Origin: Octopus bimaculoides
Lineage: Eukaryota
Direction: 5' to 3'
Assembly: GCF_001194135.2 (NCBI RefSeq)
Contig: NC_068999.1
Location: 39,815,007 to 39,851,793, forward strand
DNA length: 36,787 bases
Both the position numbers and the translations under genes were made by a program. This document shows, piece by piece, positions 1-11,993 of this stretch. Within the stretch, counting starts at the first letter, position 1. Each line of letters starts with the position of its first letter. The notes under the pieces are model-generated. The model was not told where the DNA came from. It saw only the letters and a program-made list of their open reading frames with translations, and searched no databases.

Positions 1-367
1 GTCGAGAATTCTGTCGGTTGGGTCGAAAAAATGATCTTTCAAATTCGTCGTTGAATTACGATTTATGTGTTGATCTTTTCCCTATTATTATGTCTTCTTT
101 TGTATTTAATTTGTATATTTGTTGGTGTGGATATTATTTGTTTCTTTTTAATCATAATCATCCTACACTTAATGGTTATGATTTGAAGACATCGCTTTAA
201 TGTTTGCAATCATTGTCATATAGAAAAGGTTGATTACGTTGTTGAAAGATATCTGCTCATAACAATTTCTGTAAGACGTTCAACGAGACGACATCGCAAG
301 ATCATGTTTTGAATCCATGCATACAGTATTACTTCTAAATTACTCTCACATACGTGTCTATAAGATA

Positions 368-413
368 TGTGTGTGTGTGTGTGTGTGTATGTGTGTGTGT
401 GTGTGTGTGTGTG
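368..413. repeat. (GT)n microsatellite
   Basis: Directly visible. Confidence 0.95.
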
Positions 414-1146
414 CAACACTGATTATGACAAGTCATGTATATTGTTACTAAAATTTTTAAATGTAAGTCAATTATGATTATATGACATAATATCATAATA
501 AATCTATCTTTCTTTTTCATTCGGTATGTATTCAAGTATAGATGTATATATGCATGTTTGAACATATATATATATGTACATATATATGGGGGTAAACGTG
601 GGTGTGTATGTGTAAGCATGTAAATATATGTTCATATACACATATCTACCAGTGAATCAAGCTATTTTTGTGTATATATATACATATATCGACTTTTGCA
701 TTTACATTTCTTCTTAATCCTCTCAATCAAGCCAACAACAATATTACTCCAATACCCGTTCTCATACCTCAATTAATCAAAGTATAGAAATCTCAATATA
801 GATGCAAAAATAATGAATATTCTAACTAAATTCTAGCAATTGTGTATGCAATGCTAATTTATCTTCATTTTATCATTATATTCACTTGCAATTTTTTTTC
901 TGTGAGGAAAGACATATATTTTGTTAAATCTCATATTAATGCACGTATTAAATATAAAACTGCATTGGAATATATTTTTAGATTACATTTCCTGTCGTTC
1001 ATATTCAGTTTAGTTTAATATCGTTGTAGTTTGAGTTCTACATAGAAACTTCTTCGTGTATTTGATATTCCAAAGCTTTATATTTCTACATAGAAAGGTT
1101 TTGATTTAGCAGATGCTAAAACAACTCAATATTTTAACGGTCATTT

Positions 1147-1351
1147 GGCGGCAGAATCTTTAGCACCCCAGGGTCAAATGCTTAGCGGCATTTTATCCTT
1201 CTTTACATATTAAATTCAAATTCCCCCGAGGTCGATGTTGCTGATGATCATTTCGAGATCGATAAAATAAGTATTAGGTATGCAGTACGATCGATGTATT
1301 CAACCTACTCCTCTAATGGCAGGCCTTGTGCCAAAATTCGGAACCAATATT
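1147..1351 (+). mobile_element. tRNA-type SINE, family A, copy 1 (diverged, near full length)
   Basis: Head ggcggcagaatctttagcac, box-B-like aattcaaattcc, body ccgaggtcga...gatcgataaaataagta and tail ggccttgtgccaaaattcggaacc align by eye with seven other copies in the window. It resembles abundant Octopus SINEs as I recall them; exact family name not determined. Confidence 0.85.
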
Positions 1352-1439
1352 TCAATGTTCAAGATTCCGCTGTAGGAATTTTTGAAGAAACAGTTCTATA
1401 CTGGGGTTGATGTAGTCGATTAGTCACCCCTCCAACCAA

Positions 1440-1440
<1 letters not shown>

Positions 1441-1496
<56 letters not shown>

Positions 1497-1500
1497 ATTA

Positions 1501-1549
<49 letters not shown>
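1441..1549. repeat. (TTA)n microsatellite between two SINE copies
   Basis: Directly visible; near-perfect with two interruptions. Confidence 0.95.
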
Positions 1550-1551
<2 letters not shown>

Positions 1552-1556
1552 TTAAT

Positions 1557-1760
1557 GCGGTGAGCAGGCAGAATCGTTAGCACGCCGGACGAAATACTAA
1601 ACCGTATTTCGTCAGCCGCTACGTTCTGAGTTCAAATTTCACCGAGCTCAACTTCGTCTTCCATCCTTTAAGGGTCGGAGTGTGGTCGATGTACTAGACT
1701 TACCTTTTTCCCCAAAATGTCAGGCCCTCTGCCTTTAGTAGAAAGGATTAATATTATTAT
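1557..1760 (+). mobile_element. tRNA-type SINE, family A, copy 2
   Basis: gcggtgagcaggcagaatcgttagcacgccggacgaaat...gagttcaaatttc (box B), with tail caggccctctgcctttagtagaaaggatt running into TTA/TCA repeats. Confidence 0.9.
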
Positions 1761-3086
1761 CGTCATCATGATCATCATCATCATAATTGCTGCTACTACT
1801 ACGTGTGATACTGCTATTTTCATAACCGTTAGTATTATTAATGTTATCATTACTATTATTATTAATTATGCTAAACATTACAATAAAGTCAGGAGAAAAT
1901 ATGGAGATAGAAAAAAGGTGGGGGACGGACCGTTGCTACTATCCAAAATAACTGTTAATGTCGAACCAAAATGAACGAATAACACAGGGGCAATAATGAA
2001 GAATTTGAACCATACTTTTCTAAAGAATATGTGAAGCAATTAGTGTAATTATATTAGTTTTGTTTCGCATAAATAATGTATAACAAATATTCATACCACA
2101 TTCTAATTACAAGCGCTTGTATAAAAGTAATACCGTGGCACGTAAGTTATGGCTTCCACCTTCACACACAGATATACAACTAAGTAGAAACTGTTGGAAA
2201 CGAAAACTGTATCATTCCTAATGTTGAGACAAAAATGCGTGTTTTGATTTTGATGCGTATCATGAAAATGACTCTACTATGTAAATTTCCCGTGCCACTA
2301 AAGCAAATAAACTGTTAACGGATGAAAATGATAATAATATACATACAATGTATATATTTAAAGCTAAAGTCAAGTAAGTAATTCAGTAAAAATTGTAGGA
2401 TGGAAATGTGAAGAATACCTTCTGTATTTACTGCACGTTTTGCAACTACATTCAATCGGAAAAAAAAAACGCATTTCGTAGCATATACATATAATGACAA
2501 GAAAAAAGGAACTACGATGAAAAAATTGTTCTAATCCTGCCTTTGGATCACAAAACACTTCCTCCTTTTAGGTAATTTATTGCTAAAATCAAATCTGAAT
2601 ATTCAATGTAGATAATATGCTTAAGAGAAAAAGTTTACAGCGGAAATACATGGGTTAAGTAAAAACAAATGCAAATGTGAATACTGCATTATTTATTTTG
2701 TTTTTAATTATTCAAGTAAGAAGCATGTAGTACATAAATGGCGGTAAGGAACAAAGCACAAACTAAGCAGACACCATTAGAGGGCACAACTAAATGAAGT
2801 CGTACGATACCGTTAGAAACCTGATCAACGAAAGAAAAAGAAAAAGCAAACAAACAGGAAAAGAAAAATGAATTTACAATAAACCAAGAATTTATGAATT
2901 GTGCGCTCTGAACATAGAAACTATGAAAACTGACAATAAACTAACAGAGGGGATCGGTGAAGAATTAAACTGGTCGATCTTTCTATGGATCAAAGGAACA
3001 TTTATTTCTACCGATAAATGGCCAAAACAATGAAATGTAAAACATCATTGTAAACTTAATTGAAACAAAATGAACTTCTATATAAA

Positions 3087-3089
<3 letters not shown>

Positions 3090-3139
<50 letters not shown>

Positions 3140-3300
3140 CTATGTATGTATGTATGTATGCATGTATAAGTTTATAAAGACGTTCATATATGTATATATA
3201 TATATATATTATATTATACTATATTGTACATAAATACACATACGAACACATACACACACTCACATGCACAGACACGCACACGCATGCACGCACGTATATA
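3090..3300. repeat. Compound (TA)n/(TATG)n/(CA)-rich tract
   Basis: Directly visible. Confidence 0.9.
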
Positions 3301-3810
3301 TCCTCCATATTAGATTCAAATAAATGTTGGTAGACCCCTCATATCCATTGTTAATGTAACATCAAAATCCAAGCTTACTACGCCTAAAAGACGATCATTC
3401 ATAACAAAAACAAGTTTCCGGAAACATTAATGAAATCATTAACGAAGGAATAGAAAGGAAAAGCAGAAACATAAGAGAAATACCATAGAAATGGAGCATA
3501 AAACGACTTCCTGAAATGATAGAATACCTGAAACTAGTGATCCCTGCGTAATCGCTTAAAATCCGCTGCAGTTATCAAAGGCAACACAGATTCCTTTACC
3601 GAAACAAAGATGTGGACTCTAACAATAATGATTTAACAAACCATAAAATAAAGCAATCAATAAACCGCCAACACCAAGAGAAACTATAACATGTTGGCAG
3701 GGTGCATAGGCAGGAAAGTAATAACTGCGTAGGAATCAACTCACAAACCAGAAAAATATTAAACTTGAACAGTTATAGAAGGCCGTACGCACTATGGAAA
3801 TCACTTAGAA

Positions 3811-4001
3811 GGCAATGCAACCATACATCTTCAAGGTAGAAGGAAGCAGCGTACCCCAATCTACTGTTTGATATTATTTCTGGTGGCAAAATTATCAAAA
3901 GGCCCGGAAGCGATCGATCTGGAAAAGCATTATCATCCCCAAGAGAAACGGAGCAGCGTAATAAAATAATAAGACCCATTATCACCCCACCAGTAACGTA
4001 A
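3811..4001 (+). mobile_element. Possible Tc1/mariner transposase N-terminal (HTH) relic
   Basis: The frameshifted reading IHLQGR..., VPQSTV, DIISGGKIIKRPGSDRSGKALSSPRE resembles the Tc1 pattern VPxSTVxxII...RxPGSGRPxxLSxRE. No DDE domain or terminal inverted repeats found. Confidence 0.25.
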
Positions 4002-5232
4002 AACTTTTTCAGTAAAATACCAACAACAATCAGAAAACACAGATCTCTCCCTCTTTCTTAGAAAGATTATACGGGGCACCAGTCAGATACATATACATTT
4101 AAAGATTAAATAATGTTTAACAAGCCATGTCCGATGAGAAAGAAGAAATGCATGAATAACATGGATTTAGAAATACCACATTAGGATAACTTAGTATTAT
4201 GATATTTGTCATTGTAGTTAACAGCTTGTATATGCATATGGTTACAGGAAGGTATAGCTTTGACATTGTATATACCGAGCCTCAAAATGTCAGTTGTAAA
4301 CATAGTTTGTTTCTGTAATCTAAGTTGAAAAAGAAGCCCGTTTAAACGTTTAAATTATTTAGGTAGAGAAAGCGCCCTACACCTATTTCTCTTTTGCTTT
4401 CAGCTCTCACCTTAATCTCTCTTTTTCCCTCAACCATTTTAAGCTGCGCGTTCAGCGCGCTCCATCTTTTTTGCAACGGTACCGAAGGAACACTAAAAGT
4501 ATATAGTTATTAGTGCTCTTTATGCCACATCTTCCTTTTAATTAAAGATATGCCAACGAAAAGGGCCAAGGAAACTACTGGTTGTGTTACTTATGAAGTT
4601 ATTTTGAAGCTTGCGTCAATTTATTCCCCCATGGCAACGTGGTTCTCCTCACAAGGAGACTCGCTACCCAGGTAGCGAATGATGATACGTTAAAAAAGCT
4701 CCGAAGAGACTCTGTAAAACCCCAGAGATTGGAACAACTGCAGAAAGAAAGATGACGAGCGTAGCAAGTTCAGCAGAAAGATCAATAAAAAAAGCAACAT
4801 TTTCAAGTCTAGAAACGAAAACGTTCGCAAGAGTTAGGGATTAAATAAGAGAAAGTGGGAAGTTCAGGTTAAGGCTTCTCAAGATCGTCTTTGGGAACAT
4901 CGTACAAATGTATCTGACGCATGACAGAGTAATAAAATATCGTGCAAAGATTAGGAAGAAGAGATAAAACAAAGGTTTGAGAAATATGATCAGAACATGA
5001 ACGCCAACATTATTACTGGACCGCCACAGGAAGCACCGCAAACATATTAAGGAGGCAAACAATTCTAATGAGACAACGTGCATATCATCTGAGAAGATCG
5101 ATGAAATCTCTTTCCAGGTAATGTATTCAGCAATCAAGAACGAGAGGAAGTGATTAAAGCTATTCAAGACAGTCCTCAGGAACATGGAAGCCGTATTGGA
5201 GAGGAGCGCAAAAGCAAGTAGTCTGTCAATAA

Positions 5233-5287
5233 AGATAATGCTGACGTCTATATTCCAACAGATAATGCTGACGTCTAATATTCTAAC
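5233..5287. repeat. 27/28-bp tandem duplication (agataatgctgacgtcta...)
   Basis: Copies start at 5233 and 5260. Confidence 0.9.
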
Positions 5288-5773
5288 GAATGGTCATCCA
5301 CGCTCGTTATAAAATAACCAACAGAAAAAGAAGGAAAAGCGATCAAGGGGAGATAATAAAGAAGTTCTTAAGGCGACAAAAGTTAATGTTGCTCACGTCC
5401 AATCCATTTGGCCGCAAGTGATGTCCTCATTTGTTTTTGTCATAATTTACAAACAAGTAAAGATACAAAAAAAAAAAAAAACAGAAATAGCCTCAAACAC
5501 CGTTGCTTTCTTCCTGTACAACTTTTCAAAAATAGTACAATATTCATGTCCGCCGTGCAGAATTTTGGCACAAAAGTGTTGCGGGCGAAAAACGAGTTGT
5601 ATTTTTCTGTTGGGTATCTAGTCTTTTAGGTAATAGGTACTGTTGTTGCTTTGAGATGCCACATTCTCGATTCCAATCTCCAGGTTCTTATATTTGCTGA
5701 GTTTTACAAACGTTTTTTCTGCGATTAGGTATTGTCAGCTAGGGTGCAACACCAATCAGGAGACAAGTCTTTT

Positions 5774-5904
5774 AATTATTATTATTATTATAATTATTAT
5801 AATAATAATAATTATAATAATAATAATAATTATTATTATAATAATAATAATAATTATTATTATAATAATAATAATTATAATAATAATAATAATTATAATA
5901 ATAA

Positions 5905-5956
<52 letters not shown>
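5774..5956. repeat. Compound (TTA)n/(TAA)n/(TAG)n microsatellite
   Basis: Directly visible alternating TTA and TAA blocks followed by about 17 TAG units. Confidence 0.95.
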
Positions 5957-5957
<1 letters not shown>

Positions 5958-7199
5958 TATACCAGAAGGCTATATTATTTATAGCATTGCTTTCAACTCC
6001 TTTTCCTCAAGTTATCTTTATGTCCATATTGTTCAGTTTTAGGCTAATTTCTCATTCATTTTCACGAAATGAATGTTCATTCATTGCTGCTGATCCATTG
6101 ATTAGGAAATGTGTGTTCGCTGATAGGTTTGGAGAGTAAAACACGGGGAAGTGTAAAAATTAATCCACCACTCGTCTCTCTTTGTCTTACTGTCCTTTTC
6201 ACACTTCCCAGTCTCTCTCCCCTTCTCTTCCCCCTCTCTATTAATCAGTGTATAACAAACATTGTCGTTTTTTTCATTCTCAGAGATTTATGTAGTTCAA
6301 GTGCGTTTGTTTCATACCTTTTTATGTCTGCCGATGTCATTTTCTACAGTGTAAGAAACCTATCGACAATGTTATATTTCATTATATATTGTGCTAGATT
6401 AAACCGGGCTGCCAGAAAACACGTGATTGATTGTTCTGTTAAATATTCCAGAAAACACGTTCTCTGATTTGTTTCTATATATGCTGTTTATTGTTTTCGG
6501 TGAGAACGGTTTAATGTTGTACCTGGAAAACGAAAAATTCGATGGGACCATTTTAAGCTTACACACTTCACGATATTCACCCGTATTTATTTATAACTAT
6601 GCTCCTAAATGTTCTCCCAGTTCTCTTGCTGTTTGTGTTATTTACTGTAATCTTGACAAGGTTTGAGAAAGCAGAAAATGTGTTTATTTAGTAAGAAGAA
6701 GTTGCGATGCTGCTTGTATGAACATATTTTTGGCAGATTTAAAGACGATCATTTTTACTCTTTCTTCCTTGTTTTCAGTGACATTTTGAAGTTGATATTT
6801 CGTATTTCTGTAGATTTTGTTTCCTATTCACTCCATCTCCATTTTTACTTCTCGCTTTCGGTTCCTTTTAACATTCATTTCATTCCAGAAATATTTTCTT
6901 TGAATTTTCCTTATTTTTTATAAGGTGTTTCTACATCCTTCGAGTTTACATTCAATGTGACTGGATTTAAGCATTTGGCCAATGCTATTGTATGGTTAAT
7001 AGAAAAGAAATGGGTTGGCAATTTCCGTTGATTTCAGTACCAGAAAAAGCAGAAATTGTTAGCAAACTTGTGTCATTGAGAATGCAAAGGAAATATCTCC
7101 GAAAGTTTAAGCTTAAGGAATTCCACGTCGAAAAGCATTGTGATATTGGTTACTATTGGTTACTGCTCTGAGGTCTACATCAATGGAAAGTATACTCAT

Positions 7200-7570
7200 G
7201 TTAATGCCTCCCATAGTGGGCAGGCCAAAATCAGAGGCCAGATTAATAAGGAGATCCTCATCCCAGAAGTGGAAATGCATTTGCGTAAGGCAATTATTAC
7301 TTTGAAGATCAATAAAGACAATTGGATAGCAATTCAAAAACAAACAAATCTGGGAGATTAAGGACTTTCACTTAGCGTAACGTTGAATAGAATCCACAAG
7401 TTGAGGCGAAAGAGAGGATGCGCTAAAAATAATTGGTCGGATGATATTGACTTCGAGAATAAGCAGAGATCTAACTACAGTGCAACGGTGCAACAACATG
7501 GAGTCAAGTAAATGGGAGAACACTTGTAGACGGCCAAATCCCTAAATGGAACGAAGGGTTTAAGTAGTAA
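7200..7570 (+). mobile_element. RTE-clade LINE, decayed 3' end of ORF
   Basis: EVEMHLRKAIITLKINKDNWIAIQKQTNLGD, then LRRKRGCAKNNWSDDI (7401-7448), then GATTWSQVNGRTL (from 7487) follow, in order, the RTE C-terminal pattern (MERxMLGITLRD..NEWIRxQT; RGRPKxRWxDDI; G.TW.Q). Frameshifted. Confidence 0.65.
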
Positions 7571-8161
7571 CAGTAACACAGTGGGCGAACAAAATCGAAA
7601 CAAAATGAATTCAATGAAAAAAACCACATAGACTTTTGAAACGGTAAATGATAATGACATTTATATTTAATTGACACAGAATTATTGAAAAGAAGGATTC
7701 TCTCGCTAGCGTTACAGTTCTAAGAGAATTAATACACATTCTACAAACACGAAAGAAATAAAGGGCCTTGTCTGAGAATTTCACGACTGCAGACAAGCAG
7801 TAAAATAACATAATTCATTATTTGTAAATTAGGGATTTTAATTTCCTTCAAAATAATGTTTAATGGTGCAATGATTGGGATAATATTTTCCCTAAGTACG
7901 ACAGTGCATTGCATTTCAAACAAAGAAAACATGAGGAAAAAGAGTCAAGACCGTCGTATACCAAACTTATAACTAATTTGGAAGAAACGTGATCACTTAA
8001 TGCAATGATCAAAGCAAAGAATATTTGTAATGAAAAGATTCATCGTTTCTCCATAGATATATTTAAATATATCTTTCGGTAAATATGTTACTTATTTTTG
8101 GTAGTTTTTTGACTTACTTAGTCCCTCGATAGCGTGAGGTATTAATACACAGTAAATGCCC

Positions 8162-8166
<5 letters not shown>

Positions 8167-8214
<48 letters not shown>

Positions 8215-8222
8215 GTGTATGT
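8167..8222. repeat. (TA)n/(TATG) microsatellite
   Basis: Directly visible. Confidence 0.9.
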
Positions 8223-8973
8223 ATCTGAGTACGTATACGCATATATGTTTCCATTCCACCGTGAGCGCCAGTTGCATTCGGAGCATATTTGACATTTCCA
8301 ATGGTAGACTCTCGCTGTCAGCCTCATACTCCGACGAGAACTCCCTTCTGCTAAAGGGAAAAGTGAATGACATATATTCACAGATATTGCAGGTAGCCCC
8401 CAGGATCATTGAAAATTCGGTAAATGTAATTCAGTCAGTATTTAATTTCATTAATTATATATGTACAGGACTGGCCAAAGGTCATTTGACAGTAAATCAA
8501 AGCCATTTAATTCTAATATTTATTTATGTTTGACTGAATGAATTAAATAAAAACATCTGAATATGAAACATCATGAAAATTGAAGTCCTTCTTGAGCAAC
8601 ACATTTTCTCATTCGAGTCCATATATATTTATACATAGTATTTAAAAGATTTTGATTTACTTTCGGTGACTGTTAATCGGCCTAAGATATGATGGAATGT
8701 TTTAAGTGCTCAACCTCGATCTGTCTTACGGTGAAATGCAAAAACTATTTTGAGGGACGGATTTAGAAGAGGATGGGAAATGAATGCATGCAAGAAACGG
8801 AAGTGCGTGAGAGAAAGACTGTGATTTAGATCGTGGATTTTGAAATAATGAGGAGCGCATGTGTGTGTGTCGCACCCGCAGAAAGAGAGAGAGAGACACA
8901 CACATACACAGAAGGATGGAGAAAGAGAGTGAGGAAAATGAGCGTGAGATTGCTTTAGAGTGTGAGAGTAAAC

Positions 8974-8978
<5 letters not shown>

Positions 8979-9020
<42 letters not shown>
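8979..9020. repeat. (GA)n microsatellite
   Basis: Directly visible. Confidence 0.95.
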
Positions 9021-9023
<3 letters not shown>

Positions 9024-10436
9024 GTGTGCGTGAGAGAGATTAAATTCGAATGCATCAGCCTTTTCACACGCTAGCACAATGAGTTCGTCATTCAGTTGAT
9101 CGAACAGCTTGAGGTCCATTTATTTGACGAAACCGACGAGAGAACTCGGATATATATATATATATATATTATTGATACATTCACCCAAATAGAAAGAAAA
9201 TATCTCTTAAATACATTCCCAATTATGCTTAATATGAAACAACGTTGAAGCGATATCACACGATGATAAAAGAATAATAATTCTGATATTCTATGATAAG
9301 AAAGAGAACGACATTTCCCACGTGATACCTAATTAACAAGTCTAAATTATATAACAGCTTTATAACTAAAATAGATAAACTTGTTTCAATTCGGGTACAT
9401 AGAATATTAAAATTATGCGTGTTATCATTTGCAAACACTTTTTGAAAAAGGTTTGTATTCTTTCTATGATTTGTGCAAGAAATTACCGTCTTTTCTGCAA
9501 CTTCTCTCATCATTATGTATACTGCATAATATTGCCATTGATATAACAAAAGAGGGATTCCCTTTTGTTGGGATATCAAACATCAACATAATAGGATTGA
9601 ATTATATCGAAAGGCTTTGAAGGGTGATAATGTTTTTAAAGCTGTGTTAATGCATTTTGTGTCCTTATTTTTCTCTTTTCAGGCAGAATCCCACATAAAT
9701 GCAACGATTATAAGGCTATTATTCTCTTCTTTTCTCCCACTATTCCAACGCGTTCTTCCGACATTTGACTTTAAATAGAAAAATAAAATTATTCACAAAT
9801 GAATTCTTTTGTGAATATCAAATGTCATTTTAAAACAGCCGAGAAATATGTTAGGTAAGACCTGAACACCCGCCTGGTTTTAAAGTAAAGATATTAGATT
9901 TGATGTACTTCTCCACTGAATAGCCTTAAAAACACAACCTACTCGAAAGTAGAAAACGATGATGAGAAAAAATTGCTTTGCCGTAATATCCTCGGGACAC
10001 ACGTGGATCCTAAAAATGACTTCTCTACATTGAAAGCATTTTAACTCAGGTTCGATCTCTCTTCAATATATCTTACAATTGCAGTTTGCAGGGATTAAGT
10101 GTATCTACCATTGACATCAGTCCTTCAAATGACGAATGTCACTGAAGCCACTAGAATACTATCCGTCCCAAACTTAGATTTATAATTAGAGAGGTAGATT
10201 TAACTACGCTTCTTCCTAAAACTGTCTACACACATTGGAATTAATTCTATTATAGATATAAACTGGCCATCTATTTCCCTCCTTGTTGAAATTCTGAAGT
10301 AAACGTCCCTTTCTTGAATGGATTAACTAACTCCCATCATAGTATCTTACATAAATTAAATTCATACCATCTGTTACTGTATTTACTTGTTTAGAACATT
10401 TATTATGAAATTTATTGCGAATCTATAGTACATCTT

Positions 10437-10523
10437 ACGAAACGCTTAACAGTATTACGTCCATCACTACGTTCGGAATTCAAATTACGCCGAGGTTTTC
10501 GGGGTCGATATATTAAGTACCTG
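10437..10523 (+). mobile_element. SINE family A internal fragment
   Basis: acgaaacgcttaacagtattacgtcc...ggaattcaaattacgccgagg...ttcggggtcgatatattaagtac matches the family A body with an internal deletion. Confidence 0.75.
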
Positions 10524-10725
10524 TAATATTGCTGTAATTGATATCTGTTTCGAAATAAAATATTAGATCAACTAACAGTATACATTTGATAGTCATAGGA
10601 ATAAGAATTCGTGCTAACAGTTGCATACATAATAATATACATGACATATAGTCTTACATGGATATATTTGCGTCGAACTATCTACATCTCTCGACAATAT
10701 TTCTATCTATCTATCTATCTAATTA

Positions 10726-10760
<35 letters not shown>

Positions 10761-11608
10761 NNNNNNNNNNNNNNNNNNNNNNNNNNNNNNNNNNNNNNNN
10801 NNNNNNNNNNNNNNNNNNNNNNNNNNNNNNNNNNNNNNNNNNNNNNNNNNNNNNNNNNNNNNNNNNNNNNNNNNNNNNNNNNNNNNNNNNNNNNNNNNNN
10901 NNNNNNNNNNNNNNNNNNNNNNNNNNNNNNNNNNNNNNNNNNNNNNNNNNNNNNNNNNNNNNNNNNNNNNNNNNNNNNNNNNNNNNNNNNNNNNNNNNNN
11001 NNNNNNNNNNNNNNNNNNNNNNNNNNNNNNNNNNNNNNNNNNNNNNNNNNNNNNNNNNNNNNNNNNNNNNNNNNNNNNNNNNNNNNNNNNNNNNNNNNNN
11101 NNNNNNNNNNNNNNNNNNNNNNNNNNNNNNNNNNNNNNNNNNNNNNNNNNNNNNNNNNNNNNNNNNNNNNNNNNNNNNNNNNNNNNNNNNNNNNNNNNNN
11201 NNNNNNNNNNNNNNNNNNNNNNNNNNNNNNNNNNNNNNNNNNNNNNNNNNNNNNNNNNNNNNNNNNNNNNNNNNNNNNNNNNNNNNNNNNNNNNNNNNNN
11301 NNNNNNNNNNNNNNNNNNNNNNNNNNNNNNNNNNNNNNNNNNNNNNNNNNNNNNNNNNNNNNNNNNNNNNNNNNNNNNNNNNNNNNNNNNNNNNNNNNNN
11401 NNNNNNNNNNNNNNNNNNNNNNNNNNNNNNNNNNNNNNNNNNNNNNNNNNNNNNNNNNNNNNNNNNNNNNNNNNNNNNNNNNNNNNNNNNNNNNNNNNNN
11501 NNNNNNNNNNNNNNNNNNNNNNNNNNNNNNNNNNNNNNNNNNNNNNNNNNNNNNNNNNNNNNNNNNNNNNNNNNNNNNNNNNNNNNNNNNNNNNNNNNNN
11601 NNNNNNNN
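10761..11608. other. Assembly gap (848 N)
   Basis: N run after (CT)n. Confidence 1.
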
Positions 11609-11914
11609 ATCAACGATGCATAAGTTAATTCTCTTTTAATTTTTTATTTTAATCACGTAGCTCTATAGTCGATAGACTGTAAACTCATTATATCGTAATG
11701 ACGCTAATAGTTACCATAACTAAGTAGGAAATCGAAAATAAAATGAATTTCCCCTCCGGTAAAGTCTTTCTTCTCTTTTCAATTATTCCATTTTGTTTTT
11801 TACACGAAAATTGCTAAACAGTTTTTTCTTTAATTTTGCAAAAGTGTTGTTTCTGATATTGTTAACTAAAGCAAATAAACTTAGCAACAAAATAAACATA
11901 GACAGAGAATAACA

Positions 11915-11951
<37 letters not shown>

Positions 11952-11993
11952 GTAGTAATAATTATAATAATAATAATCTTGAATGACCAAAAC

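Noticed and set aside
1036-1096. 13-bp direct repeat ttctacatagaaa at 1036 and 1084
   Set aside because: AT-rich, only two copies, and the TTC-N6-GAA spacing fits neither HSE nor STAT sites.
2108-2121. Perfect 14-bp palindrome tacaagcgcttgta
   Set aside because: About one or more such palindromes are expected by chance in a window of this size.
6412-6460. 13-bp direct repeat ccagaaaacacgt at 6412 and 6448
   Set aside because: Only two copies with no array or element between them; not CRISPR-like or a credible target-site duplication.
8331-9147. Shared motif ccgacgaga(ga)actc at 8331-8343 and 9133-9147
   Set aside because: A gapped 13-mer match is within chance for about 33 kb of sequence.
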